A stretch of 64,000 nucleotides of DNA from Candidatus Tayloriibacteriota bacterium (GCA_031384385.1 JANNAN010000013.1:6015-70014), one strand, 5' to 3'; positions 30,627 through 39,651 are shown, numbered from the stretch's first letter. Translations and numbers: made by a program. Notes: a model not told the origin generated them from the sequence alone.

Positions 30627-31300
30627 AATTAATGAGTTAAGACGAGCTGAGTATAACCCACGCATTATGCCAGAAAATGAAATGTCTGCGCTTAAGACAA
30701 GTATCAAGACCTTCGGCTTTGTCGAATCAGTAGTGGTAAATACCCACACCTGTGACCAATGTGGTGACAGAAAATGGGTACTGGTAGGGGGTCATCAGCG
30801 AACTACCGCCGTAGAGGGGCTTGTAGCACAAGGTGAAGCCATAAAAGGCATTGAAACCAAGGATGGAGTCACCCTCATTCCAGCCAACCTAGTTGATTTA
30901 CACCTTCCTGAAGAAAAGCTTTTGAATCTCGCCCTCAATAAAATCAAAGGAAAATGGGATGAGAAAAAACTCTTCGAAATTATTGTCGAGCTTAAGGAAT
31001 CACCATCCATTCCCGCTTCGGGATTTCGAGACGATGAGATCAGCCGAATACTCGATCAGACTCTTGAGGACGAGGAAGAGGATGAAGGTGAGGGCGACGG
31101 TGCCGACAAAGAACCTCGCTCAAAGCTTGGCGAAATCTATGAGCTCGGGTCCCACAGGCTCATATGTGGTGATTCAACAGATCCCGATACGTACAAAAAA
31201 CTTCTTGGAGAGGAAAGGGCTGATATGGTTTTCACTGACCCTCCATACAATGTGAACTATAAAAGTCGAGGAAATAAACTCAAAGAGGAAGGTAATGAGT
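30568..31300 (+). pseudogene. ParB-like nuclease domain fused to N4/N6 DNA methyltransferase, truncated after motif IV by IS insertion
   Basis: ParB-nuclease-like N-terminus (INELRRAEYNPRIM..GGHQR) and methyltransferase motif IV MVFTDPPYNV. Reading frame runs straight into the IS left inverted repeat at 31301. Catalytic motif I and TRD missing. Confidence 0.6.
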
Positions 31301-31369
31301 TGGCCCTCCCCCCAAATTTAATACACCAATCTTGTATAATTAATAGAAATAATTAAATATATAAGGAAT

Positions 31370-31627
31370 ATGAAAACACATAAAATATCACCAGAGTTAA
31401 AGGAACAAATAATTAACAGGGTAAAGAATGAAGGTATATCAGTAGCACAAGCAGTAAAAGATCATGGTGTATCTGATAACACAATATATGGTTGGATATC
31501 AAAGAAAGTAGAAGGACAACCTACATTAGCTGAAGTATTGAAATTAAGAAAAGAAAATGATGAATTGAAAAGACTTGTCGGTGATATCACATTGAAACTT
31601 TCTCTACCCCAAAAAAAGAAGTGGTAA
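31370..31627 (+). CDS. IS3-family transposase OrfA (HTH)
   Basis: 85 aa, helix-turn-helix GISVAQAVKDHGVSDNTIYGW, ends at the frameshift window. Confidence 0.7.
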   Translation: MKTHKISPELKEQIINRVKNEGISVAQAVKDHGVSDNTIYGWISKKVEGQPTLAEVLKLRKENDELKRLVGDITLKLSLPQKKKW

Positions 31628-32412
31628 CTGAATCTAAAACTCTCAGGGCCAGAGAGTTAGGTATATCTAGAAGTAGTCTGTATTACAAACAAAAGAAACC
31701 AGAGGAAGACTGGAAATTAAAATGTAAAATTGAAGAAATACTCCGAGAACATCCAAGTTATGGTTCTCCACGTATTGCCATAGCTTTAAAACGTAATCAT
31801 AAACCAATTGAAAGAGTGATGAAGCTCTTTGGTATTAAGGCATATCGTAGAAGAGGTAAGAAGTGGAAAAAAACTAAGAACATCAAGGTAGTATACCCAA
31901 ATCTTCTTTTAACAAATCATCCAATGTATGAGAATCATATCTGGGTATCTGACTTTACTTACATCCCATTTCAAGGAAAATTTGTATATGTTGCTACTGT
32001 TGAAGATTTGTTTACAAGAAAAATAGTTGGAGTGGCGGTATATACCACGCATGCTACACAATTGGTATTGTCAGCATTCATGTCTGCAATACATAACAAT
32101 CCTAGACCTCTAATATTCCATTCAGACAATGGAAGTGAGTATGATTCAGATATATTCATACATGCATTAAATACCGTTGGAGTTTCAATATCTAGATCAG
32201 CTCCAGGTTGTCCGTGGGAAAATGGATATCAAGAATCATTCTATGATAAATTTAAAATTGATTTAGGTGATCCTAGTAGATTCAAGACTCTTGGAGAATT
32301 AGTATATGAAATCTATCATCGTATTTATGTTTACAACAATACTAGAATACATACAGCACTTAAAATGTCTCCAGTTCAATTTGCATTAAAAATTCGTCAG
32401 GGATACAATTAA
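31621..32412 (+). CDS. IS3-family transposase OrfB (DDE integrase core), expressed as OrfAB by -1 frameshift
   Basis: In -1 frame relative to orfA. rve-type DDE motifs. Confidence 0.7.
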   Translation: MVTESKTLRARELGISRSSLYYKQKKPEEDWKLKCKIEEILREHPSYGSPRIAIALKRNHKPIERVMKLFGIKAYRRRGKKWKKTKNIKVVYPNLLLTNHPMYENHIWVSDFTYIPFQGKFVYVATVEDLFTRKIVGVAVYTTHATQLVLSAFMSAIHNNPRPLIFHSDNGSEYDSDIFIHALNTVGVSISRSAPGCPWENGYQESFYDKFKIDLGDPSRFKTLGELVYEIYHRIYVYNNTRIHTALKMSPVQFALKIRQGYN

Positions 32413-32509
32413 CTCAATACAAGATTAGTGTCTAAAGAAATGGGGGAGGTACATTCTCTCAAAAGAACTCGCCACACATCTCACGGGTAGACATATTCCC
32501 ATAGAAATA

Positions 32510-33343
32510 TTGCCATTCGATTTCAAAGAGATTTTGAAAGCTAAGCAGTATGAATATTCAGCAGACAAAATGTTGTTACCCGAGGAAAAAGCTAAACTTC
32601 AGGGATACATAACTCAATACATGACAAATGGCGGCTTTCCAGAAGTTGTCACAAAAGATGTTGAACCTCGTGGCTATCTTGATGTACTCTTTGATGCAGT
32701 GCTTTTCAAAGATGTCATAAAGCGTCACAAGGTCCGCTTCTCAAAACAGATAGACAATCTTGGATCGTATTTGATAAATAATGTTTCAAGTCAGTACACT
32801 GCTAGAAAACTTGCTAGCGTTCTCACATTCAAGAGTGACGTTACTGTGGCAAAATACCTTGATTATTTGATTGAGGCATACCTAGTTTTCTCCTTGGATC
32901 GTCATTCGACCAAAGCTACTATGAGATTACAGCTGCCAAAGAAAACCTATGTGGTAGATAACGGCCTCGTTACTGCCAAGGCGGTTCAGCATTCTCCTAA
33001 TAGTGGTAAGCTAATGGAGAATCTCGTATTTATGGAACTTGTAAAAAGAGGACATCAGCCAAACCGTGAATTGTTCTACTACAGGACTCGTAACGATCGA
33101 GAGATAGATTTTGTACTTAAAAAAGGGCATGAGGTGGTCGAACTGCTACAGGTTTCCTATGATTCTACTAGCCAGGATGTTGAGGAGAGAGAAGTAAAGG
33201 CACTAGTTGAGGCAGCTGAGGAATTGAAAGTCACGAAGCTCACTGTACTCACTTGGAATGAAAAGAGGGAAATGAAGAAGGACGGAATGACGATACAGTT
33301 TATTCCACTTTGGGAATGGCTAACAAATAATTCTAACGAGTAA
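32510..33343 (+). pseudogene. C-terminal fragment of an AAA-ATPase with DUF4143-like domain (5' part removed at IS boundary)
   Basis: Frame is open back to the IS right end (..SKELATHLTGRHIPIEILPFDF..) with no ATG. Downstream sequence (ELFYYRTRNDREIDFVL, GHEVVELLQVSY) resembles the DUF4143 C-terminal module of AAA ATPases. The AAA domain itself is absent. Confidence 0.45.
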
Positions 33344-33347
33344 AATT

Positions 33348-33878
33348 ATGGTAGGGATTATTTTTGAAGCACATGGCACGACATTTGATAACGAAGCACA
33401 CCTTGCCTCTGGTCACTTTGATGTCGAACTTTCTCCTCTCGGTATTAAACAGTCTCAAGAAATGGGAGAAAGGTACAAAGATGAGCACTTTGAGATAATT
33501 TTCTGCTCGGATTTGCAAAGATCATATAAAAGTGCGGAGATTGCATTCGGCAATAGGTTTCCGATTGTGAAAGATGCACGATTGCGAGAATGCGACTATG
33601 GTGATTATACTCAACAACCTAGCGAAATAGTTGATCGACAAAAACCACAGAGAATTCATGAACCCTTTCCTAAAGGAGAAAGCTATGAGCAAACTACAGA
33701 AAGGATGAAGGCATTTCTCGAGGATCTTAGGAAGAAATGTGAAAACAGGAGAGTTATGATTATAGGTCATAGAGCCACTCAGTACGCACTCGAAAATCTT
33801 ATAAAGGGTGTTCCACTCGAAGAAATTATTCCTGCACCATGGAAATGGCAGCCGGGATGGAAGTATGAGTTGGAGTAA
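33348..33878 (+). CDS. histidine-phosphatase superfamily (phosphoglycerate-mutase-like) protein, noncanonical AHG instead of RHG
   Basis: IIFEAHGTTFDN..ELSPLG..IIFCSDLQRS..IIGHRATQYAL matches branch-1 histidine phosphatase layout. The Arg of the RHG motif is Ala. Confidence 0.55.
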   Translation: MVGIIFEAHGTTFDNEAHLASGHFDVELSPLGIKQSQEMGERYKDEHFEIIFCSDLQRSYKSAEIAFGNRFPIVKDARLRECDYGDYTQQPSEIVDRQKPQRIHEPFPKGESYEQTTERMKAFLEDLRKKCENRRVMIIGHRATQYALENLIKGVPLEEIIPAPWKWQPGWKYELE

Positions 33879-33888
33879 GTATTAAAAT

Positions 33889-34278
33889 ATGGAAAAGAAA
33901 TTCAAACATTTAGAATTTATCCAGTCAGTCATTAATAGAATGACAAACAATTCTTTTTTACTGAAAGGTTGGTGTTTGAGTATAATTGGAGCAATTTTTG
34001 CACTTAGAGGTGGAAATTCCTCAACCAGCATACTTCCACTCTTTGTAATTATGTTTTGGCTTCTAGATAGTTATTATCTTTCTCAGGAGAGACTATTTAT
34101 TGCTTTATATAACGACGTCGTTCCTAGATCAGAGGATAAAATCGATTTCTTAATGCATACAAAAAAGTTTTGTAGAGGAAGAAACACATGGTGGAGATCA
34201 TTTTTTTCTCATACCCCTGTGATTTTCTACGGATTTATTTTGATCGTAATCATATTTATTAATTCTAATTCTATATAG
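33889..34278 (+). CDS. small 3-TM membrane protein (candidate membrane effector partner of the downstream TIR protein)
   Basis: 129 aa. Amphipathic N-terminal helix then three hydrophobic helices. 10 bp after the phosphatase gene and 4 bp before the TIR-like gene. Confidence 0.5.
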   Translation: MEKKFKHLEFIQSVINRMTNNSFLLKGWCLSIIGAIFALRGGNSSTSILPLFVIMFWLLDSYYLSQERLFIALYNDVVPRSEDKIDFLMHTKKFCRGRNTWWRSFFSHTPVIFYGFILIVIIFINSNSI

Positions 34279-34282
34279 ATTT

Positions 34283-34768
34283 ATGGCAAGAAAAGTATTT
34301 TTTAGTTTTCATCATCAGGGCGACATATTGAGGGTAGGGCAGATTCGTAATAGCTGGCTTCTTAGAGATGAGCGCGAGGATCTGGGCTTCGTAGATGCGG
34401 CAGCATGGGAATCAATTAAAAGAAATGGTGATGAGGCTATAAAGCGATGGATCGATACTCAATTAAGTGGAACATCTGTTACGGTTGTGTTGATTGGACA
34501 AGAAACTGCTAGTAGACCGTGGGTCATTCATGAGATCATTGAGAGTCATAATAAAGGAAATGGGCTTTTGGGTATAAGAATACATAATGTTAAAGATTTG
34601 CACGGTCGCTACTCACTCCAAGGATCTAACCCGTTCGATCAAGTAAGTATCACTTCTACAGGTAAATCCTTGTCTCAAATTTACCCTGTCTATGACTGGG
34701 TAACAAACAATGGACGTGAAAATATGCCTATTTGGATAGAAGAAGCTGCACGAAAAGCGAGCAGATAA
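34283..34768 (+). CDS. TIR-like domain protein of the DUF1863 / Thoeris ThsB-like family
   Basis: MARKVFFSFHHQGDILRVGQIRNSWL..FVDAAAWESIKRNGDEAIKRWIDTQLSGTSVTVVLIGQETASRPWVIHEIIESHNKGNGLLGIRIHN..SNPFD follows the conserved ThsB/DUF1863 signature (KxVFFSFH, W..D..L..VL.G.T..WV..EI..G...GI.I). Confidence 0.65.
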   Translation: MARKVFFSFHHQGDILRVGQIRNSWLLRDEREDLGFVDAAAWESIKRNGDEAIKRWIDTQLSGTSVTVVLIGQETASRPWVIHEIIESHNKGNGLLGIRIHNVKDLHGRYSLQGSNPFDQVSITSTGKSLSQIYPVYDWVTNNGRENMPIWIEEAARKASR

Positions 34769-35317
34769 TTATTGTTGATTTAATGATTCAGCTATAGGTA
34801 CAAACCTCCACTTCTGGTTTTGATAGGATTTTATCCCATCCTTATTTACAAAATCGAGCATTGTTTCGAGCTCGTGAACACTAAAGGGATATTTAAAACC
34901 TTGCTTATCGAAGCAAGTATATTTGTCATTCCAACCCTTCTCAATAATAAATGAATGTGCCATCTCACCAGTTTCCGCATCAAGAATTTGACCGACATAG
35001 AATTTCCCAGGCTCACAGTTCATGGCTGCAAGCGAGTATAAGGATTTGATATCCCCAACAAGAGTAAATGGTGCACCTGAAGTGTCCCGTACCTTTTCGC
35101 CAAAAGTAAAATCAAGTCCAGCATCCTTTTGTGCTTGTGAATCCGAAATCATTTCTTCCCATGAGATGCGTCTGATCACATATAGAACAAATTTATGACA
35201 ATTAACATTTTTTATCTTATCATTCGAAACAGGAGGGATAGTATTCCAGTTGCCCGCATCATCTTTTGTTAGAAATTTATCTTTCATATTGATTATAATA
35301 TTACCACATTGACACAC
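34769..35317 (-). CDS. hypothetical protein, possibly papain-like Cys/His peptidase (start likely at internal MKDKF)
   Basis: Convergent with TIR gene (stop codons abut). Candidate Cys (AMNCEPG) and His (AHSFII) in papain-like order. Weak. Confidence 0.3.
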   Translation of the reverse strand: MCQCGNIIINMKDKFLTKDDAGNWNTIPPVSNDKIKNVNCHKFVLYVIRRISWEEMISDSQAQKDAGLDFTFGEKVRDTSGAPFTLVGDIKSLYSLAAMNCEPGKFYVGQILDAETGEMAHSFIIEKGWNDKYTCFDKQGFKYPFSVHELETMLDFVNKDGIKSYQNQKWRFVPIAESLNQQ

Positions 35318-35386
35318 TTGAGTAGAAATTAATCAAACAAAAAAGCGTTGGTCAGACGCTTTGAAATTTTATGACCTGAGGAACTG

Positions 35387-35986
35387 CTATTTAGATTCCT
35401 CGTGAAGCTCGTCCATCTTTTTGTGGATTTCCTGAGCTTCCTTCAGGGTGATGACAAACGGATCGTCACTTTTCTCCGGCAATTCCAACTCGGAGATACC
35501 CGCACCGAGAAAACAATACTCATTTTCTTTCTGATCATAAGTCTCCCCAGGATCTAGTATCGTTCTCCCATGCCTCTTGATCGGTGTGCGCGTAGTCTGT
35601 CCACGCAGACTCCCCATCTTTTCCACCACCTCAAGTCGCAACTTCTCGATCTTACCTCGCACTTGTGCGACCCTCATCTTTTCGACCGTTTCCGCTGTGG
35701 GTATGTCGGTTTCCTTTTCGGGAAACAAACGGGGATCTACCGACCGAAGGATGGAGAGCAGATCGGTGAGGGATCGGTAGGTGACATACTCGTCAGTACC
35801 GAACTCTCCCGACTTCTTATTGGCTGTGGGATCGACTTTCACAGTGACTGCGTAGTCATCGTGAGAAGGGTCAAACCTTGACTCCTGAACCGTGACCCAG
35901 CGAGGATTTGTGATTTTCCTTACTGCATCATGGAAGTTGCCGATTGCACCGCTTGGGACACCTGCGATTTTCAATGTGATAACCAT
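35387..35986 (-). CDS. hypothetical protein
   Basis: 199 aa, GC-rich island composition, no motif. Confidence 0.4.
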   Translation of the reverse strand: MVITLKIAGVPSGAIGNFHDAVRKITNPRWVTVQESRFDPSHDDYAVTVKVDPTANKKSGEFGTDEYVTYRSLTDLLSILRSVDPRLFPEKETDIPTAETVEKMRVAQVRGKIEKLRLEVVEKMGSLRGQTTRTPIKRHGRTILDPGETYDQKENEYCFLGAGISELELPEKSDDPFVITLKEAQEIHKKMDELHEESK

Positions 35987-36045
35987 ACAAACCTACCTTT
36001 CTTTTTTGCATACGCACCGCGTATCGCAAATACTTACACCGTAAG

Positions 36046-36118
36046 TTCCGATTTCGTCCTCGTTCTCTACCACAAGGCAGAGGGACTCATCAGCGAGAAT
36101 AACATTCTCGGATCGAAA
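36046..36118 (-). ncRNA. hammerhead ribozyme (type III topology) HHR-1
   Basis: Minus-strand RNA: UUUCG-AUC|CGAGAAU..AUUCUCG-CUGAUGA-GUCCC..(extended stem II)..GAGGAC-GAAA-UCGGAA. CUGAUGA and GAAA cores, AUC cleavage triplet, three closing stems. Confidence 0.75.
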
Positions 36119-36124
36119 AGGTTT

Positions 36125-36574
36125 TTAGAGAACCTTTGAAACTCTTGATACCGCTACTATGCCAACGAATACGCACCAAATGGCAAGAAAGACGAAACAG
36201 AGTAGCACGACCGTTTTGCTTCTTCCATCGCCATATGCACAGTACAAGTCTGATCTTAGACCAGCTTCTTCATACATATAGAAGAATGAGCAGAAGATTA
36301 TCCACAGAAATGCAAATGATGCTGTCGTTGATACCATACCGTTGGTGATAAGCACGATCGTTCCAATGGGTATGAACCAAGAGGACCAGCTAATGACACC
36401 ATCGTACGGCAGAAGGTGATAGAGCATCCAAGCAGTTGCGCCTCGCCTTGGGTCCCACAGTACATTGCTGTACTTGCGGGAGTACTGATACAAACACCAC
36501 CATGTAACTGACAGTGTCCAAAGCAGAATAATAATCGTAATTTTCACAAAGAACTCCTTTCTCAAAGAATCCAC
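36125..36574 (-). CDS. hypothetical 4-TM membrane protein
   Basis: 149 aa with four hydrophobic helices. Confidence 0.45.
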   Translation of the reverse strand: MDSLRKEFFVKITIIILLWTLSVTWWCLYQYSRKYSNVLWDPRRGATAWMLYHLLPYDGVISWSSWFIPIGTIVLITNGMVSTTASFAFLWIIFCSFFYMYEEAGLRSDLYCAYGDGRSKTVVLLCFVFLAIWCVFVGIVAVSRVSKVL

Positions 36575-36637
36575 GACTTCATGTCATGAACTCTATAAAG
36601 TGGACATTTGAGGAAAATGTCCGAACCCCCGATTTGC

Positions 36638-37495
36638 CTAACTGTTGACAGCCTCGAGGAGCTTGTTCCAGTCTTTCGCGCCGGAAGGCGTGGAGCAATG
36701 ATTGGTGCATACCACCTTGACGTCACCCTTGGCAAAGCCGCGGAGACCATCGAAGGCGAATACGAACGGATCATCGTGATGGTTGCCGGCAGTGATAATG
36801 CCGATCTTCTTCACACCTTTTTGAATGGCGTGGAGCGCGATGATGGGTCCGTAAGGCATGACACCCTGACAGTTAACCATTGCCTGACCTCTCGGTCCCA
36901 TGCAAGCATAACCACCCTTGGGAATCATGCAGTCGGTGAGGACTACTTCCGGCTGTCGTTCAAGTGCGTCGAGCGCCTGATCGAATCCAGAAACGATTGT
37001 GAGATCGTATACTCCAAGAAGCTCCTTCGCCGAGGCGATATTTGCCGGATCATCTTCCACTACGAGAATGCGAGTCTTACCCGCAGTTCCGATGGCTTGA
37101 ACGATCACGTCATCCCTCCAATCATTGAAGGGTATCACGCCGGTCTTGTGAACGGCAACTTCACGGACACCTTCCATGAGTTGAGCGAAGATTTTCGCCT
37201 TGCTCGACTTTTGCAGTCTTCGAGCAATTGAAGCCGAGGCTTCATGAGGATCGATGGTCTTGTACCAGTCGTTTCCCTCTGGATGCGTCCAAGCGTCGAG
37301 GAGAATGACGTCGGCGTCAACAGCTTCCTTGATGAAAGCCTCAGCGTGATCTCCATGGAGATATCCGCCGAAGCCGACATAGGTGAGCTTCTGACCAGTC
37401 TTCTCTTCGAGATCCCGATGAACGACACCGCCTGGTCCATACAAAGGATCATTGGTGCCGTGATTTGCCATGCAATGAAGCAGAATCTTTTTCAT
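36638..37495 (-). CDS. hypothetical protein with central CheY-like receiver (REC) domain
   Basis: ILVVEDDPANIASAKELLGVYDLTIVSGFDQALDALERQPEVVLTDCMIP fits the REC consensus including acidic pocket and D-phosphorylation position. Flanking N- and C-regions unrecognised. Confidence 0.5.
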   Translation of the reverse strand: MKKILLHCMANHGTNDPLYGPGGVVHRDLEEKTGQKLTYVGFGGYLHGDHAEAFIKEAVDADVILLDAWTHPEGNDWYKTIDPHEASASIARRLQKSSKAKIFAQLMEGVREVAVHKTGVIPFNDWRDDVIVQAIGTAGKTRILVVEDDPANIASAKELLGVYDLTIVSGFDQALDALERQPEVVLTDCMIPKGGYACMGPRGQAMVNCQGVMPYGPIIALHAIQKGVKKIGIITAGNHHDDPFVFAFDGLRGFAKGDVKVVCTNHCSTPSGAKDWNKLLEAVNS

Positions 37496-37524
37496 TCGTT
37501 TCTCTTTCGTTGTTGATTGTTATG

Positions 37525-37603
37525 TAAAGAACTGAACTCTCAGGGTTCGCGACATCAGTCGTAAACCCAGTTGAGTCCCTGTAACCATTGCTAGTCACAG
37601 GGG
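37525..37603 (-). ncRNA. family-1 structured element E1 (two-hairpin motif, unknown class)
   Basis: Minus-strand: hairpin2-ACUCAACUG-GGUUUACGAC-UGAU-GUCGCGAACCC-UGAGAGUUCAGUUCUUUAC. Shares linear motifs and covarying 11-bp hairpin with six other copies. Confidence 0.55.
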
Positions 37604-37623
37604 TTGAGTGAGATTTCAGGTAC

Positions 37624-37983
37624 TCACTTCATAAACTCGAAATGGATCTCAGTGATCCAGTCGAAATCGAATTTAACCTCGCGTACAGTCAAACCCATTT
37701 TTGCCGCCTCCTGTTGGAGGATTTCTTCGGCATGTTTAAGTTTCTCAGCCTTGCCATTTCCTCGCAAGTACGCCGGAAAGACGATCTTTCCAGAGGTATT
37801 GAGGAAGCGTTCACACTCAGGTTTCTCGGCGAAAATGAGAAACTGATGATTCCAACCGAAGTACGCATACAGGTTGGTTGTGAGTGACGGCTGTGCTGGT
37901 CTCGGACGTTTGTCGAGCATCCTGTGGCACCTTTCGGTAACTTGCAACAGGTCATGATCTTGAAGTGCGCTTGCGTCTACCAT
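37624..37983 (-). CDS. hypothetical protein (start at MVDASALQD)
   Basis: ATG 37983 with AGGAG 6 nt upstream. The track ORF start at 38049 lies inside element E2. Confidence 0.4.
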   Translation of the reverse strand: MVDASALQDHDLLQVTERCHRMLDKRPRPAQPSLTTNLYAYFGWNHQFLIFAEKPECERFLNTSGKIVFPAYLRGNGKAEKLKHAEEILQQEAAKMGLTVREVKFDFDWITEIHFEFMK

Positions 37984-38013
37984 AGTTTTTATCTCCTGGT
38001 TTGATTGTTGATG

Positions 38014-38092
38014 TAAAGAACTACTGAACTCTATAGATTCACAACACATTCGTTATGAATCTAATAAAGTCGGGGAGGTTTTTGAAGTCTCC
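38014..38092 (-). ncRNA. family-1 structured element E2
   Basis: Minus-strand 11-bp perfect hairpin AGAUUCAUAAC-GAAUGU-GUUGUGAAUCU flanked by ACUUUAUUA and AGAGUUCAGUAGUUCUUUAC. Second hairpin GGAG..CUCC. Confidence 0.55.
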
Positions 38093-38148
38093 TCGATTTT
38101 GAAAGTTTTAGACTTGCGTCACCGTTACTTCACGGAGTGGGTTGACCA

Positions 38149-38361
38149 CTATTTTGTTTCGGTCTTCTCCACAATCACCATTGCGACATGATAGGTATGC
38201 ATTGCGCATGGCATCTGGAGTGGCTCCCGCATCTCACCCCAAGGGGCGATTGCGTAGGACGACGAAACAACCTTCCAGCCCGGCCCAAGTTTCTCAAGTT
38301 CTTCATTGAGTTCGGGCTCAGGTGTTGCATTCATCGTTTTAACGATAATGGTTTTCAACAT
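38149..38361 (-). CDS. hypothetical 70-aa protein
   Basis: Start MLKTIIVK chosen downstream of element E3. The track ORF begins inside E3. Confidence 0.3.
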   Translation of the reverse strand: MLKTIIVKTMNATPEPELNEELEKLGPGWKVVSSSYAIAPWGEMREPLQMPCAMHTYHVAMVIVEKTETK

Positions 38362-38424
38362 AAGAATAGTCTTTCTGTACTGGTGTATTGTTTCGGCACA
38401 CCTACTTGAAGCCGTTTTATATTC

Positions 38425-38504
38425 CAAAGAACTGAACTCTGAGAGCTCACAACGGATTTGTTGCGAACTCAGTAAAGTGCTCATTTTAGGTGAATGAGCA
38501 AAAC
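38425..38504 (-). ncRNA. family-1 structured element E3
   Basis: GGUUUUGCUCAUUCACCUAAAAUGAGC-ACUUUACUG-AGUUCGCAAC-AAAUCC-GUUGUGAGCUC-UCAGAGUUCAGUUCUUUG. Compensatory changes relative to E7 (G-C to A-U). Confidence 0.55.
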
Positions 38505-38517
38505 CGAATCGAGCAAA

Positions 38518-38925
38518 CTACTGAACCTTTCTCCAGCACAGAGCCGGATGTTCGCTCGGGCCACCACCGTGGTCGAGGTGATAGAAACATAGACCATCAT
38601 TCTGGTTGGCCAAGCCGAGGCTCTTCATTCGCCTGGCGTGCCTGCCGAGGTAGTATCCGATCCTATCGTTCATGTTTTCACGACAGTCATACAAAGTGAT
38701 CCATCCTTTGTACTTTCGGAACTCCTTGTGTTTGAAGATGCTCACATCCCGGATCTGCGCGGGGATGTGACCGGCAGCGTCGGATGCTTCCTTGGCATCA
38801 CGATGCGTTGACCGATCTAGGCCAGCCTTCGCTTTGAACTCTACGAGATAGTATTCCATACCATCGTGAGTGAAAAGCGTAGGTTGCGGAATTGCGGTGA
38901 ACTTCAGACTTTGCGTCGCATTCAT
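38518..38925 (-). CDS. hypothetical protein
   Basis: 135-aa ORF, no motif. Confidence 0.4.
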   Translation of the reverse strand: MNATQSLKFTAIPQPTLFTHDGMEYYLVEFKAKAGLDRSTHRDAKEASDAAGHIPAQIRDVSIFKHKEFRKYKGWITLYDCRENMNDRIGYYLGRHARRMKSLGLANQNDGLCFYHLDHGGGPSEHPALCWRKVQ

Positions 38926-38980
38926 TATTTCGTTTCTTTCTTGGTTGAGTTTGTTTGTGATTACTAAATTTGAAAGAGCT

Positions 38981-39029
38981 TTCTGTTTCGTCCTTCTGGA
39001 CTCATCAGTCGGAATACATTCCGAGACAG
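38981..39029 (-). ncRNA. hammerhead ribozyme HHR-2
   Basis: Minus-strand: CUG-UC|UCGGAA-UGUA-UUCCGA-CUGAUGA-GUCC-AGAA-GGAC-GAAAC-AGA. Minimal ~49-nt hammerhead with GUC triplet. Confidence 0.8.
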
Positions 39030-39099
39030 TCGGTCAGTAAAAATTTACCGACCATTCACACAATTTTTAGGTAGTGTGCGTACCTCTATGTGGTAGAAC

Positions 39100-39390
39100 T
39101 TATTTTCCTTTTGATTCGACCAGGGAAACGTAATTTTGAATCCCTTGTTTAACCAATTCTTCAATAAGTACCACCAACGGGCATGGATGATACTTTTCAG
39201 TATCCAATGCCATTGTTGCTTCCACAAACGCAACTGCGTCTGTGAATTTGTAACCTTCATCAGTTGGGACAATGAAGATCGTTTCTCTAACTTCCTCTCC
39301 AGCGATACTGGAGCCGTCATCAAACTCTCCTCGAGTTGGGCGGAAGCACAAGCTCACCCGACCTTCCTCGTTCACACGCAATCCCATCAT
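39100..39390 (-). CDS. hypothetical 96-aa protein flanked by two hammerhead ribozymes
   Basis: Start MMGLRV at 39390 just downstream of HHR-3. The track start 39456 lies inside the ribozyme. Confidence 0.4.
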   Translation of the reverse strand: MMGLRVNEEGRVSLCFRPTRGEFDDGSSIAGEEVRETIFIVPTDEGYKFTDAVAFVEATMALDTEKYHPCPLVVLIEELVKQGIQNYVSLVESKGK

Positions 39391-39416
39391 ATATATAAAG
39401 AGCAGTCGTTGTTGTG

Positions 39417-39497
39417 TTCTGTTTCGTCCTTCACCTTGGCTTCGTCTGAAGCACAAGGGGACTCATCAGTACAGATTATATCTGTAGACAGAAGGGG
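39417..39497 (-). ncRNA. hammerhead ribozyme HHR-3 (extended stem II)
   Basis: Minus-strand: CCCCUUCUG-UC|UACAGAU-AUA-AUCUGUA-CUGAUGA-GUCC-(long imperfect stem II CCUUGUGCUUC..GAAGCCAAGG)-GGAC-GAAAC-AGAA. Confidence 0.75.
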
Positions 39498-39576
39498 CTA
39501 GATTTAAATCTTGCCCCATTTTATGACAATTCTTGAGCAGGTAGTCATCATACCTTCTAGCACTGCATGCCAGCCT

Positions 39577-39641
39577 CACCATTTCAAACGGTGACATTCA
39601 CACTCTTCTGTAACAAAGGTTAGAGTGATCCTTTGGTAGTC
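39577..39641 (-). ncRNA. family-3 conserved element (copy a), downstream of stop codon
   Basis: ~65-bp block CACCAUUUCAAACGGUGACAUUCACACUCUU..AAGGUUAGAGUGAUCCUU..GUAGUC, ~85% identical to 41206-41275. Contains CACACUCU/AGAGUGAU inverted repeat. Confidence 0.45.
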
Positions 39642-39651
39642 TTTCCTACAG

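Larger units (their letters stand above)
31301..32453 (+). mobile_element. IS3-family insertion sequence (1153 bp) with orfA/orfB and -1 frameshift site
   Basis: Imperfect ~40-bp terminal inverted repeats starting TG.. (TGGCCCTCCCCCCAAATTTAATACACCAATCTTGTAT vs reverse complement TGTACCTCCCCCATTTCTTTAGACACTAATCTTGTAT). OrfA HTH, slippery A-AAA-AAG at 31612-31618 in the orfA/orfB overlap, OrfB DDE core (WVSDFTYIP, HSDNGSEY). No target-site duplication. Confidence 0.75.
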
